The position numbers and the translations under genes were made by a program. Source: a virus (Duplodnaviria; Caudoviricetes). Taken from it: a DNA stretch of 52,928 bases. Location: positions 1 to 52,928 of the IMG/VR virus record IMGVR_UViG_3300037419_000702. One strand, 5' to 3'. Below are positions 30,104-39,206 of this stretch, in pieces (the first letter of the stretch is position 1; every line of letters begins with the position of its first letter). Under the pieces are notes generated by a model that did no database searches, had not been told where the DNA came from, and worked only from the letters and a program-made list of their open reading frames with translations.

Positions 30104-30544
30104 CTAACTTACGGTGATCTTAAAGATTCCGTTAGCATCCCAAGCAATTGTAAACGGTGCATTATTTGATGTTTGATCGGCTCCGAAATCCACATACCCC
30201 AAAAGTGGCTTAGTGGATGCTGTCGATGGTGTGTCATCGTAAATAACAGCATACCTAGCTGTTATTGTGGAATTAGCCCAAGATGTGTCATCTGCATCTA
30301 ACTTTATTACGTTTGTGGCACTGTCGTAAGTCATCGTTTTTGTAGTTAATGTAGTACCACCAGCCGTGTAACCTGTTCCAGTCACTTCGTAGGTGTTCAC
30401 ATCTGAGAAGTATTGGTGACTATCTTGGTTGGGAGTGTAAGTGTTGTTTAGCAAGGCTACACGAATCGTATCAGAACTCCAATTAACTTCCTTGTTAAGA
30501 GATTTCATAAGAGCCTGTCCATACCAAAATGCAGAAATTGTCAC
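30104..30544 (-). CDS. virion structural protein
   Basis: IRVALL..EVTGTGYTAGG..ARYAVIY pattern common in phage virion proteins. Confidence 0.65.
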   Translation of the reverse strand: MTISAFWYGQALMKSLNKEVNWSSDTIRVALLNNTYTPNQDSHQYFSDVNTYEVTGTGYTAGGTTLTTKTMTYDSATNVIKLDADDTSWANSTITARYAVIYDDTPSTASTKPLLGYVDFGADQTSNNAPFTIAWDANGIFKITVS

Positions 30545-30558
30545 CTATTACCCCTCCT

Positions 30559-30825
30559 TTAGTATAAAGCTAAAATATTACTTGCTGTGGTCCCTGTCGA
30601 CTTAACTCTAGTGGCACTAATAGCATGTATAACCCCTGCTGATAGATTAGTAAACGTTACTGTTGCACCACTTCGTAATGTAACTACCAAGTCTCCACCT
30701 ACACCTAAATAAATTCCTTTTGTGTAGCCTTTAGCTAAGTCTGTGCTATCACTTGGAGTAACTAAAACGGCATCTTCCGCACTACTCTTTACTTGCTTTA
30801 CTCCTAGTTCTTCGTACTGTGGCAT
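30559..30825 (-). CDS. head spike base-like protein
   Basis: VTPSD..DL..IYLG.GG.L.V..TGTTA..ILALY resembles the RcGTA head spike base. Confidence 0.55.
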   Translation of the reverse strand: MPQYEELGVKQVKSSAEDAVLVTPSDSTDLAKGYTKGIYLGVGGDLVVTLRSGATVTFTNLSAGVIHAISATRVKSTGTTASNILALY

Positions 30826-30970
30826 CCTCTATTGCCCCCTTTTTCTCTTCTTTTTCCTCTATAAGCTGGGAAAGAAGTTCATTCGTTTTTCGTTGTTCCT
30901 CAACCAACATATACAGGATTTGATCTTGTATTGTAGCCAAATGCCCAAATTCTTTTGTTCTCTTCGTCAT
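30782..30970 (-). CDS. hypothetical protein
   Basis: GGAGG RBS, located after the capsid terminator. Confidence 0.6.
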   Translation of the reverse strand: MTKRTKEFGHLATIQDQILYMLVEEQRKTNELLSQLIEEKEEKKGAIEDATVRRTRSKASKE

Positions 30971-31030
30971 AAATCCTCCATTTAAAAAGACTCTCCCACT
31001 ACGAGAGTAAGAGAGTCTTGTTTAGTTTAA

Positions 31031-31924
31031 TTACGCGCCAGTTACTTGCGCTCCTAGCACTCCACGGTGATCGGACCATCCATAAGAGAAACGCATACGT
31101 CCTTTATACTTCGCAATGTCTGTATCGAAGTCATCAGTAGACTTGAAGTTAAGCTTTTCTCTCCAAAAGAAGTTCAATTCGTGAAGATCAGGATCAAGTA
31201 GGAACCAATTGTTGCTATCTGTTAGATAGTCAAGCACGATAACTTGGAATCGACCACGCATTGGGTTGATATCGTTATTATTTGTACCCGGTAACTGGAT
31301 GGATTTTGCGATTTTTTCAGCCGTGAACTCCAAAGCACCCGGAACAACCAAGATTTTAGGGTTCATCTGAATTTTTAATCCACGCTCATCCACTTGCTCA
31401 CGGGCAAGCTTCATTGCAATTTCGAGGTTAGCTTCAGTCAAAGCTAAGTCTCCGATTGCATTAGTAGTCGTTCCACCATCTAAACGAGTGTGAGTTCCAA
31501 CTAATGCTTCACCTTTGTAATTAGCAGAAGAAGTTGTAAATGCATTGTTAAAGATCGAAGCAGCTTGTGTTTCGATTGTTGCACGAGCAGCACGAGCCAA
31601 CGCTTTTGGCATTTTGTTGATCACGTTATATTGTTCGTCATCAACCATTTCCTTCTCGATTTGGAAACCTTTAGAGAAGGTTGTATGCTTGTAGGTTAGC
31701 TGTGCAGTATCGGTTGGGTCTTCGTACTCAGTAGAATCTAAGGAACCCTTCGCATTCCACATGCTAAATCCACCAGCGCGTAAGTCTGTTTCGATTGCTT
31801 TTTTAGAAGTAAGCATGTTTAAAACGCTGGAATATTGCTCAGGCTTTTCTTTGTAAGTTTCGAAGAAAATCTTACGTAGACCCGGCTCAAGTAAACGTCC
31901 AAATTGACCTTGGTTAATAGGCAT
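31031..31924 (-). CDS. major capsid protein
   Basis: LLEPGL..., PKILVVP, WFL, RFSYGWSDHRG; follows scaffold and decoration genes. Confidence 0.88.
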   Translation of the reverse strand: MPINQGQFGRLLEPGLRKIFFETYKEKPEQYSSVLNMLTSKKAIETDLRAGGFSMWNAKGSLDSTEYEDPTDTAQLTYKHTTFSKGFQIEKEMVDDEQYNVINKMPKALARAARATIETQAASIFNNAFTTSSANYKGEALVGTHTRLDGGTTTNAIGDLALTEANLEIAMKLAREQVDERGLKIQMNPKILVVPGALEFTAEKIAKSIQLPGTNNNDINPMRGRFQVIVLDYLTDSNNWFLLDPDLHELNFFWREKLNFKSTDDFDTDIAKYKGRMRFSYGWSDHRGVLGAQVTGA

Positions 31925-31956
31925 CTAATTTCCCTCCTTTTTAAACAGCTAGTCTA

Positions 31957-32370
31957 TTAAACTAGTTGTCTCGCTGTAAGTACGACATAAGGCTTTCCGT
32001 TTACAACTTCAACAATCTTAGCAACTGTAGTTGTTGTATCCGCAGTATCTAGGTTAGAAGAACCGTCGATACCGTAAGCAGTTCCGACTGTTAATGCACC
32101 AGCACCAACTGTATCTGCTTGGTAAACTGTTTCAGGATCAACGATAACTTTACCCACTTTAGGGGTTACATTTAATCCTTCGAAATTGAATCCTACTAAA
32201 ACTCCTAGTACAGTCGTGTCACCAGTAGCAGCTAGTACTAGATTACCGGAAGCATTAAGACGAACAATGTCGCCACGCTTTGCAGTAGTAGCATAAGTCG
32301 CATCTAAAGAATAATCTTTAGCAGATGCTACACTGTCTCCGTCAAGCGATTTTCTGTAATGGAATGCCAT
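31957..32370 (-). CDS. capsid decoration/cement protein
   Basis: GDIV..VLGV; lies between scaffold and capsid. Confidence 0.6.
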   Translation of the reverse strand: MAFHYRKSLDGDSVASAKDYSLDATYATTAKRGDIVRLNASGNLVLAATGDTTVLGVLVGFNFEGLNVTPKVGKVIVDPETVYQADTVGAGALTVGTAYGIDGSSNLDTADTTTTVAKIVEVVNGKPYVVLTARQLV

Positions 32371-32386
32371 GACTCAAAACCTCCTT

Positions 32387-33268
32387 TTATTTTCGTTTAT
32401 ATTTGAGATAATCCTTCTCCGAAATGCCCATTTGCTTCGCTACGTACTTTTCATCCGCAGAAAGTTGGACAGCCGGATCGGACTTACCACCTTTCATTGG
32501 TAGTGGACTGTTGCTCGTTCTTCCACTGAGTTCAGCCAAAGCTTCTTGCTTGGCTTGTTCTCTAATAGAGTCTGCTATCTTTCGTCCATGAACAGCATAA
32601 ATCGCTTCCTCCAACGGAACGTCAGGGTTTGTTCGTAGCATAAACTGGATTGATTGTTGAATATCATCATCTGTCAATAAAGGAAGGGATTGTTTGGCAG
32701 CTTCGGCTTCACGATCCACACGGGATTTCCACGACTCAAATCGAAGTTGGTTTAATTCGGCTTGTACGGACTCAACCCGTTTTAAATCTTCTTGTCTTTG
32801 TCGTAAAAACTCAACTGGGACGTTTTGCGTTTTAGCTTCCTGCTTCAACTGCTCATCTTCAAGCTGTTGCAGCATTTGTTCGGTGGTTACACCATAACGT
32901 TGAGCCAACATCTGAGCCACACGATATTCGGGAGTCTGCTGCATCCGTTCTTGAAGCTGCTTATCGAGTTGCTGCTGTCTACGCATTTCAGCAAATCTAG
33001 CGTTTTCTTCATCCGATTGCTTAGGCTTGTCCTCTTTTTGCTCATCTTCCTGCTTATCTTCAGATTCCTGATCTTCGTTTTGATCTTCATTTGACTCATC
33101 ATCCGATTGATCTTCCGAATCTTCTTCCTCTTGTTCATCTTCTATATCAAAATCGTTGTCATCATCATTGAAATCAAACAATCCATCTAATTCGTCTTGA
33201 ACATTATCTTGGTTATCCTGATTATCCTGCTTGTCTTTTAGAGAAGCTTCATACTGATCGATATCCAT
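32387..33268 (-). CDS. scaffolding protein
   Basis: Acidic N-terminus, coiled coil, C-terminal AKQMGISEKDYLKY; start MDIDQ after AAAGGGG. Confidence 0.75.
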   Translation of the reverse strand: MDIDQYEASLKDKQDNQDNQDNVQDELDGLFDFNDDDNDFDIEDEQEEEDSEDQSDDESNEDQNEDQESEDKQEDEQKEDKPKQSDEENARFAEMRRQQQLDKQLQERMQQTPEYRVAQMLAQRYGVTTEQMLQQLEDEQLKQEAKTQNVPVEFLRQRQEDLKRVESVQAELNQLRFESWKSRVDREAEAAKQSLPLLTDDDIQQSIQFMLRTNPDVPLEEAIYAVHGRKIADSIREQAKQEALAELSGRTSNSPLPMKGGKSDPAVQLSADEKYVAKQMGISEKDYLKYKRK

Positions 33269-33458
33269 TTTTATACCCCTTTCCCTTTTTGCGCTTGGGT
33301 AGCGAAATTGTTCTAAAATTGGTCTTTTGCGGAACCACCCGAAACTAGCCATATTGTAATTGAAATCTAGTAATTTGTAAATACTTAACAATAAAAAAGT
33401 TGAATACATTTTAATAGACTAGGGAAGAATACAACTAAGGAATAATGAAAGGGGGCTG

Positions 33459-33833
33459 ATTGACTTCAATGGTCGCATACATTGGGTTTTTGGTCTTGCT
33501 GTCTATCTGTATCTTGTTTTGGGGAATTGGGAATTAGATCATATCCTGAATCCATTTCTCGTTGTGATCGGTTCATTATTCCCTGATGCGGATCACCGAA
33601 AGGCTCCGGCTGGGAAGATGTTGCCGTTATGGTTATTCTTTCGTCATCGAGGATTTACACATTCATTAGAGGGGATGATCTGCTTTCTGCTACCCTTATT
33701 GGCTTATAATCGCTTATACGCTCTGTCTTTTGGGATTGGTTATATTACTCACCTACTACTAGATAGCTTAACTCCAAGTGGAGTCAGGTGGATATATTTT
33801 AAGAAAAAGAAAAAGCCCCGTCCGATTGGATAG
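33459..33833 (+). CDS. YdjM-like membrane metal-dependent hydrolase
   Basis: GSLFPDAD, HRGFTHS, HLLLDSLTPSG; the frame extends upstream to GRIH, so the start is uncertain. Confidence 0.75.
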   Translation: MDFNGRIHWVFGLAVYLYLVLGNWELDHILNPFLVVIGSLFPDADHRKAPAGKMLPLWLFFRHRGFTHSLEGMICFLLPLLAYNRLYALSFGIGYITHLLLDSLTPSGVRWIYFKKKKKPRPIG

Positions 33834-33840
33834 GGCTTTT
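33811..33840. terminator. bidirectional terminator
   Basis: AAAAGCCC..GGGCTTTT between convergent genes. Confidence 0.6.
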
Positions 33841-33902
33841 CTCACGATAACTAGGGAAGTTGATCTATGAGGTATTGTATATTATTTCCTGTTTTCTGTC
33901 AA

Positions 33903-35825
33903 CTATGCGCCATTTGCCATATTCGCAGCCTGTACTTGCCCGGTTACACCTTTTGGTTGCTGCATTTCGGCTTGAGCATCCCTTGGTCTACCATTCTGCA
34001 TATCTTGTTTTTGCTTATCTTGCAGAATTTGGACCGCTAGTTGCTGGGCGGTTTGCATGACCTCACTTTCCGGCAAGCCTTGGCTTCTCATCTTCTGCAT
34101 TTCATCGGCTACATGCATCATCATCTGAGCCATGTTATTTACGTCTTGGCTTTCCATTTTTGTACGATCTGCTTCCATCCGTTTGAGAATAGCTTCCTTA
34201 TCATCAAAGTCTTGGAAATTAATCCATTCTTCGGGTGTAATGATGGGAGGATTGAACTGGAACTGTCCCTGCATTTGCATTAATTTGTCGGCTTGCTGTC
34301 GCTTGGTTGCCTGAGTAACAGGAGCCTTGGCGTACACATCGGATCGTACCCGGAACATTAGATTATCCGCAGTTAGTTTATCAACTGGGGAATAAGTGGC
34401 AAAATCAGGTTCTCCATTCGGCTGAATGTTTGTGATCGGTCGTTTGTCCTGCCATTTGTAGAGAATGTGCAGCACAATCAAATGACTGATTCGTTCCACG
34501 AAATCATCGATTTGGATCATTTTGTCTTTGTCACGAATGGTAGCTCTTTCGATTAGGGAGTCTACTCCCGTGGAAGTGGTTAAGCTCCCCACCGATTGAC
34601 CTGTATAGGCTTCATTTACACCCACCATATCTCGTATATTTTCTTTCATGCGGTCATCGAGTTCAAACAATTCTTTCGGAATCGGCATCGGTTCTACAAT
34701 TTCGATTGGATTCGGAATGTTTGAAGCCCATGTTTTACCCGGAAGTGTTCCCGTTTGTGCCAATTCTTGAGGGTTAATACCACTCTCACGAAGGACAACC
34801 TTTTGTGGGTTTTGATGAAGAACTCCCAGTATAGAAGCGGTTTGTTGTAGCTTATTAATAATCTTTTGGTTTTCCAGTATGTCCATAGCTGTGGACGTTC
34901 CCCAAAAGTCTTGTTCTTCTTCCTCATCGTAGAGGACAGCGAAGGGATACTCATTCGGCTTTACATCCTCCAATCGATACAGTAGGAAGTCCGTTCCACG
35001 AATGTAGTAGGTTACATCCAACTGCCAAGCACCTTTATCATTTACATAGCGTTCCCAATGGGTATGAACCGTGACCATTTCATCACCTTGGATCGGCTGG
35101 TTTCCGTCCATAATCTTGTTATCCCGGTCATAGATTTCCCCAGTTTCCGATTGGCTCTGTCCGATCATGCTGTATTTAAGCTTTTTTAAGTTATCTCCTG
35201 CATACTCTCTGAATTTCTTATTCCCTTTGACGGTACGAAGGGAAGTGATCTCGGTTGTTTCGACGTATTTACAATCTTCCAATCGATAGGCTTCAGGATC
35301 AGGGAAGAAATTGGTATTTGGGAAGATACGTACACAAATATCCCCTTGGAACAGATTATTTCGCTTATCGTCCTTTCCGAAGTATCGACCATTAATCGCT
35401 AGATCATCCACATAAACATAAGCAATTGCGGTCCCTTGTAGCAAAGATCGATCAATCCCCTTACGAATCACACGATTGATCTTTTGACGATCCCATATAA
35501 AATTATAAGCTTTTTGTAACTGTTCCACAGTTTGCTTATCTTCTTCGTACTCAGGGTAAAATGTAGACTTCGGAATGGATGAAGCTAGGTTGGCACGTTT
35601 CAGCGTGCGGATAAAACGAACGAAGTTAGTGACAGGCTTCGGTATCCAAGGTGGAATACTTTGACCCACCCACTGTTCACCTCTGTCGAACATATCGAGG
35701 GTTTGCCATTTGTCGTGTTTTACGTCCATGCCCCGTTCCGCTTTATGGTAACGCTGCTCATATGTGGAAATTAGCTGCTTCTGCTCGTCTGCGGAAAGTT
35801 GCTTTGTTGTGATTTTTTCTGCCAT
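33903..35825 (-). CDS. portal protein
   Basis: 640 aa downstream of terminase; GEQW, NFFPDP, Q-rich C-terminus. Confidence 0.85.
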   Translation of the reverse strand: MAEKITTKQLSADEQKQLISTYEQRYHKAERGMDVKHDKWQTLDMFDRGEQWVGQSIPPWIPKPVTNFVRFIRTLKRANLASSIPKSTFYPEYEEDKQTVEQLQKAYNFIWDRQKINRVIRKGIDRSLLQGTAIAYVYVDDLAINGRYFGKDDKRNNLFQGDICVRIFPNTNFFPDPEAYRLEDCKYVETTEITSLRTVKGNKKFREYAGDNLKKLKYSMIGQSQSETGEIYDRDNKIMDGNQPIQGDEMVTVHTHWERYVNDKGAWQLDVTYYIRGTDFLLYRLEDVKPNEYPFAVLYDEEEEQDFWGTSTAMDILENQKIINKLQQTASILGVLHQNPQKVVLRESGINPQELAQTGTLPGKTWASNIPNPIEIVEPMPIPKELFELDDRMKENIRDMVGVNEAYTGQSVGSLTTSTGVDSLIERATIRDKDKMIQIDDFVERISHLIVLHILYKWQDKRPITNIQPNGEPDFATYSPVDKLTADNLMFRVRSDVYAKAPVTQATKRQQADKLMQMQGQFQFNPPIITPEEWINFQDFDDKEAILKRMEADRTKMESQDVNNMAQMMMHVADEMQKMRSQGLPESEVMQTAQQLAVQILQDKQKQDMQNGRPRDAQAEMQQPKGVTGQVQAANMANGA

Positions 35826-36154
35826 TATTGCTCACCCTCCCATATTTCGGCTAGTTGTTTCTTTAGGTAATCCTCGGAATCCGGGTCCATATAAGGAAGA
35901 TTGAATAGCTTGGAGAAGCTATCATCCTCTTTTTCCTTCTTCGGCTTTTCCTTCGGCTGTTCCTCTACCTTCTTTTCTACAGCCGTTACAACATCTGTGA
36001 TTTCGATAAAGCCGATGGATACAGGAACTACAGCCCTTCCTGCTATCTTGTATTCTATCACTTTATCAAAATCGTCTTTTGTTAGTTCAAACTTTACGTA
36101 TTTACCGTCACGGTAGATGAAATTATACGGGTATTTCCTACGAGGGGTTGCCAT
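35825..36154 (-). CDS. hypothetical protein
   Basis: AAGGAGG RBS; lies between terminase and portal. Confidence 0.7.
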   Translation of the reverse strand: MATPRRKYPYNFIYRDGKYVKFELTKDDFDKVIEYKIAGRAVVPVSIGFIEITDVVTAVEKKVEEQPKEKPKKEKEDDSFSKLFNLPYMDPDSEDYLKKQLAEIWEGEQ

Positions 36155-36166
36155 ATTCGTTCCTCC

Positions 36167-38689
36167 TTAATATCCAAAGCTTGTCCAATCTCGGTCTGCA
36201 AAGCGATCTTCCATTTCATCTGTCCAGTCATTCTCTTCATAAGACCTTGCTTCTGCCAACGACATTTTCTGTGGCGTATAGCTAGGGAGAGCCAACAGGT
36301 CGGGATTGTCCGGCAATCGCATAAATCCATAGCGACAATTATGAACCAATACTCCATTAGCATAGTATTCAGGTAAATCTTCAACAGACAGGTTATATAC
36401 TGTTTGTTTTTGGGCTTCTGTGGCTACGGACACCACATGAACGGGAACAATATCGTTTTTTGTCATATTTGTTAGACTGAAATATTGATCCACAATACTC
36501 GCATGTTTTTTCAACATCATCGAGTCCATTATCTCTTCGCCATTTAGACTTACAGCTATTGGAACAAAATCTGACTGTACCATGTGGTTTAGCCCTAAAT
36601 GGTTTCTTGCAACAATCACAGATAAAATCTTTTTCTTCCATGTTTCCAAAGACACTTTTTCCATGTTCTTTATGCCATTCATGACCCTCTTTTGATTTGT
36701 GCCAATTGAGAGTTTTTGGTCTGATTTTTTCCAAATGTTTTCTTCTTTTTGCAACAAAATATGGGTTGTAGTTTTGTTTGCTTGCATGGTATTCCAAGTG
36801 CCTTTTCGCTTCGACCAATTCGAGATTTTTGATATCATTGTTTGTGGTATCTTCATCCTTATGGTGAACATGAAATCCTTTAGGAATCTCTCCATGATGA
36901 TACGCCCATACTTCTCTATGAAGCCATTTATTATGGCATTTATAGTATCGCCTGTCGCTAAGATGTTTTGATTCGGGATACCTTCTCCACTTTTTATCGT
37001 TCCATTCGATAATATCGACTTTAACCATAGCGATCCCTCCCAATTAGGTGATACTTTAATTATATCACCGTATCTTAGGGAATCAACAGTACAGAATCCT
37101 TCTCCTTCCACAAAAATAGGGTGGTTTCCTGTTGCAGTTATTGAGCACCCATTTGAAAAATGAACAGTGTACACCGTAGCGTTTTTGTTCGTTATGCCCC
37201 AATCAATTACTTTCTTATAACCGTTACGAGTTAAAACGTAATCACCTGTTTTTATTTTCTCGATTGGGACCTGCCCATTAATTGTTTCAATTAATGTTCC
37301 TGCCACAAAACAAGAATCCATGGCGTGGTCATTTGCCTTAACAGGTTTCTCATCCAAGTTTTCGTTGGCTGAATCCATATCCAGTTCGGGGAATTTGTAG
37401 TGAATCCCCTCTTTCATCAGGTTCACGCACGTCCTATAAATCTTCCATTTGCCCCTCTCAATGTACGAGTTTACCCGTAATACCCCGGCTTCTATCGAAT
37501 TGTTCCCCGGACTAAAGAATAAATCGTATTCTTGATAGAGTGCTTGGACAGATTTACCGTTTACCGGGTCTGTCTTATTTTTGATAGATGGGTCGGCTAC
37601 CATAAACCGTAAGCGACCTCTAGGGATTTTGTCTATCTCCGGCTTGAGGGCTTTCGCATGTTCCGGGACCAGTGTATTTGGCTTATAGTACTCGTTGTAA
37701 GTAACGACTTCTGCTTTAATCGGGTCAATCGCATGGAAATACACAGCCGTAGGGTTACGTAAACCGTGGTCAAGAGTAACAAAACGCTCCCAATCCATAG
37801 GTATGCCATATTCGTCCGTCCTTCCTTTCAAAACTGGGTAAGGATCGATGAAGCAGTTCATGATCATCGGGTAAACCATGCCCTCTGAATGGTCGAACGA
37901 TCCTTCCAAATATCGCTTGATCCACCAATCCGGCTTTCCTTTACTGTTGATCTCGATGAAATCTTGCGGTAAATGCTTATTTAGTTTGGTAGCCCATATG
38001 AACGTATGCACATAAGGGTTGTAATCTTCATGTTCGGGGTGATTTTGGTCCTGCTTAGCTGGGTTATCAGCGAAAATTTCCTTAATCCACCCCAAGTCGG
38101 GGTTTGAACAGACCATGAAACACCGATTGCGAACGAAAGGGTCCCTCATACGAGTTAAAAGCTGGTCATAGATCGTCCGTTTGATACCGGAAGCTTCCTC
38201 CATATGGATAATCCCGGCATTGATGGACCTTAGTTTTTCCTCATCATCTGAGGGAATCGTGTAGAAAGTGAATCCATTGATTAATCGGATTTCTCCATCC
38301 GATTTATTGTAACCTTCAATAAGTGGAGGAGGGCAGACTTCGTTAAAAAAGGTTTTGATCGTTGTTCGTTTAAGCTGCTGTAAGGTCGGGGCGGTAAGCA
38401 ACCCAGTTCCATTCGGGTTTTCCAATGCTCGTATAAGAACTTCTGTAAGGCTTGATCTTGATTTACCACTACCATAACCTCCGAAAGCCCCGATAATCTG
38501 CATCTTCAGGGCGTATTCTCCTTTATCTTGATCCCAGTATTCTTCATAATCAACTGCGTGTAAGCCCTCTTGGTAATCCTGTGGTACGTAAGTCAGTTCG
38601 ATTGATCCACAGTTCGGACATTCTAGGTAGGACGGATGCTGATTCGATGGCTTTTGCATCTGTCCGATAAAACAGTTTTGGCATTCCAT
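36167..38689 (-). CDS. terL: terminase large subunit with intein
   Basis: GGYGSGKS, HMEEAS, SNP, LDHG, DHAMDS|intein|CRYG. Confidence 0.92.
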   Translation of the reverse strand: MECQNCFIGQMQKPSNQHPSYLECPNCGSIELTYVPQDYQEGLHAVDYEEYWDQDKGEYALKMQIIGAFGGYGSGKSRSSLTEVLIRALENPNGTGLLTAPTLQQLKRTTIKTFFNEVCPPPLIEGYNKSDGEIRLINGFTFYTIPSDDEEKLRSINAGIIHMEEASGIKRTIYDQLLTRMRDPFVRNRCFMVCSNPDLGWIKEIFADNPAKQDQNHPEHEDYNPYVHTFIWATKLNKHLPQDFIEINSKGKPDWWIKRYLEGSFDHSEGMVYPMIMNCFIDPYPVLKGRTDEYGIPMDWERFVTLDHGLRNPTAVYFHAIDPIKAEVVTYNEYYKPNTLVPEHAKALKPEIDKIPRGRLRFMVADPSIKNKTDPVNGKSVQALYQEYDLFFSPGNNSIEAGVLRVNSYIERGKWKIYRTCVNLMKEGIHYKFPELDMDSANENLDEKPVKANDHAMDSCFVAGTLIETINGQVPIEKIKTGDYVLTRNGYKKVIDWGITNKNATVYTVHFSNGCSITATGNHPIFVEGEGFCTVDSLRYGDIIKVSPNWEGSLWLKSILSNGTIKSGEGIPNQNILATGDTINAIINGFIEKYGRIIMERFLKDFMFTIRMKIPQTMISKISNWSKRKGTWNTMQANKTTTHILLQKEENIWKKSDQKLSIGTNQKRVMNGIKNMEKVSLETWKKKILSVIVARNHLGLNHMVQSDFVPIAVSLNGEEIMDSMMLKKHASIVDQYFSLTNMTKNDIVPVHVVSVATEAQKQTVYNLSVEDLPEYYANGVLVHNCRYGFMRLPDNPDLLALPSYTPQKMSLAEARSYEENDWTDEMEDRFADRDWTSFGY
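36338..37312 (-). mobile_element. intein (325 aa) in the terminase nuclease domain
   Basis: CFVAGTLI start, TGNHP block B, VYNLSV..YYANGVLVHN/C end. Confidence 0.92.
36393..37028 (-). CDS. HNH endonuclease with Zn-finger repeats, nested out of frame within the intein
   Basis: LHREVW..HVHHKDEDTTNNDIKNLEL; C..C-FCSNSC and C..C-YCSRSC; GGAGGG RBS 6 nt upstream of ATG 37028. Confidence 0.85.
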   Translation of the reverse strand: MVKVDIIEWNDKKWRRYPESKHLSDRRYYKCHNKWLHREVWAYHHGEIPKGFHVHHKDEDTTNNDIKNLELVEAKRHLEYHASKQNYNPYFVAKRRKHLEKIRPKTLNWHKSKEGHEWHKEHGKSVFGNMEEKDFICDCCKKPFRAKPHGTVRFCSNSCKSKWRRDNGLDDVEKTCEYCGSIFQSNKYDKKRYCSRSCGVRSHRSPKTNSI

Positions 38690-38717
38690 CCTGTTAGGTT
38701 CCTCCTGTTAGGATATG

Positions 38718-39197
38718 TTAGGTTGAATATGTTAGGAATTCATTCAATTTTGCAAACTCGCCAAAATGATGAATTGCTGATTCATTGTAAGCTTTAGCAG
38801 CTTCTTCGACTGATTCAAAGCAACCTATATGAATTTTCTTTCCATCAACAGTTATCTGTGCGGTATACTTTCCTTTATTTCCGTAAGCAGATACGCCTTT
38901 ATATCCTGTTTTATTTGTTGAGTACATCCCTTTATTTCTTGAATTAAGTTTGTTTTCAACTATACGCAAGTTTTCTTTTCTATTATCCCAAGGCATACCG
39001 TTGATATGGTCTATTTGCTCGTTAGGCTTTGCATTCATAATCAACCTGTGCATTTTCTCTGTTGTATTCTTTCCTCGTGCCTTTCGGATAGCATATCCTT
39101 TGCTATCATCTGACCATTTATTCTTTGATAGCCATTCAAAGTCTTCAGCATCTACTAAGCATTCTCTTCCACTAGAAAGAGTTATAGTTTTGTACAT
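38718..39197 (-). CDS. HNH-AP2 homing endonuclease
   Basis: IDHINGMPWDNRKENLR; TGYKGV..AAKAYN. Confidence 0.9.
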   Translation of the reverse strand: MYKTITLSSGRECLVDAEDFEWLSKNKWSDDSKGYAIRKARGKNTTEKMHRLIMNAKPNEQIDHINGMPWDNRKENLRIVENKLNSRNKGMYSTNKTGYKGVSAYGNKGKYTAQITVDGKKIHIGCFESVEEAAKAYNESAIHHFGEFAKLNEFLTYST

Positions 39198-39206
39198 AAT
39201 AACCTC

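Noticed and set aside
33269-33409. N-terminal extension of the scaffold ORF in the track
   Set aside because: A good RBS precedes the ATG at 33268; the extension looks like intergenic sequence.
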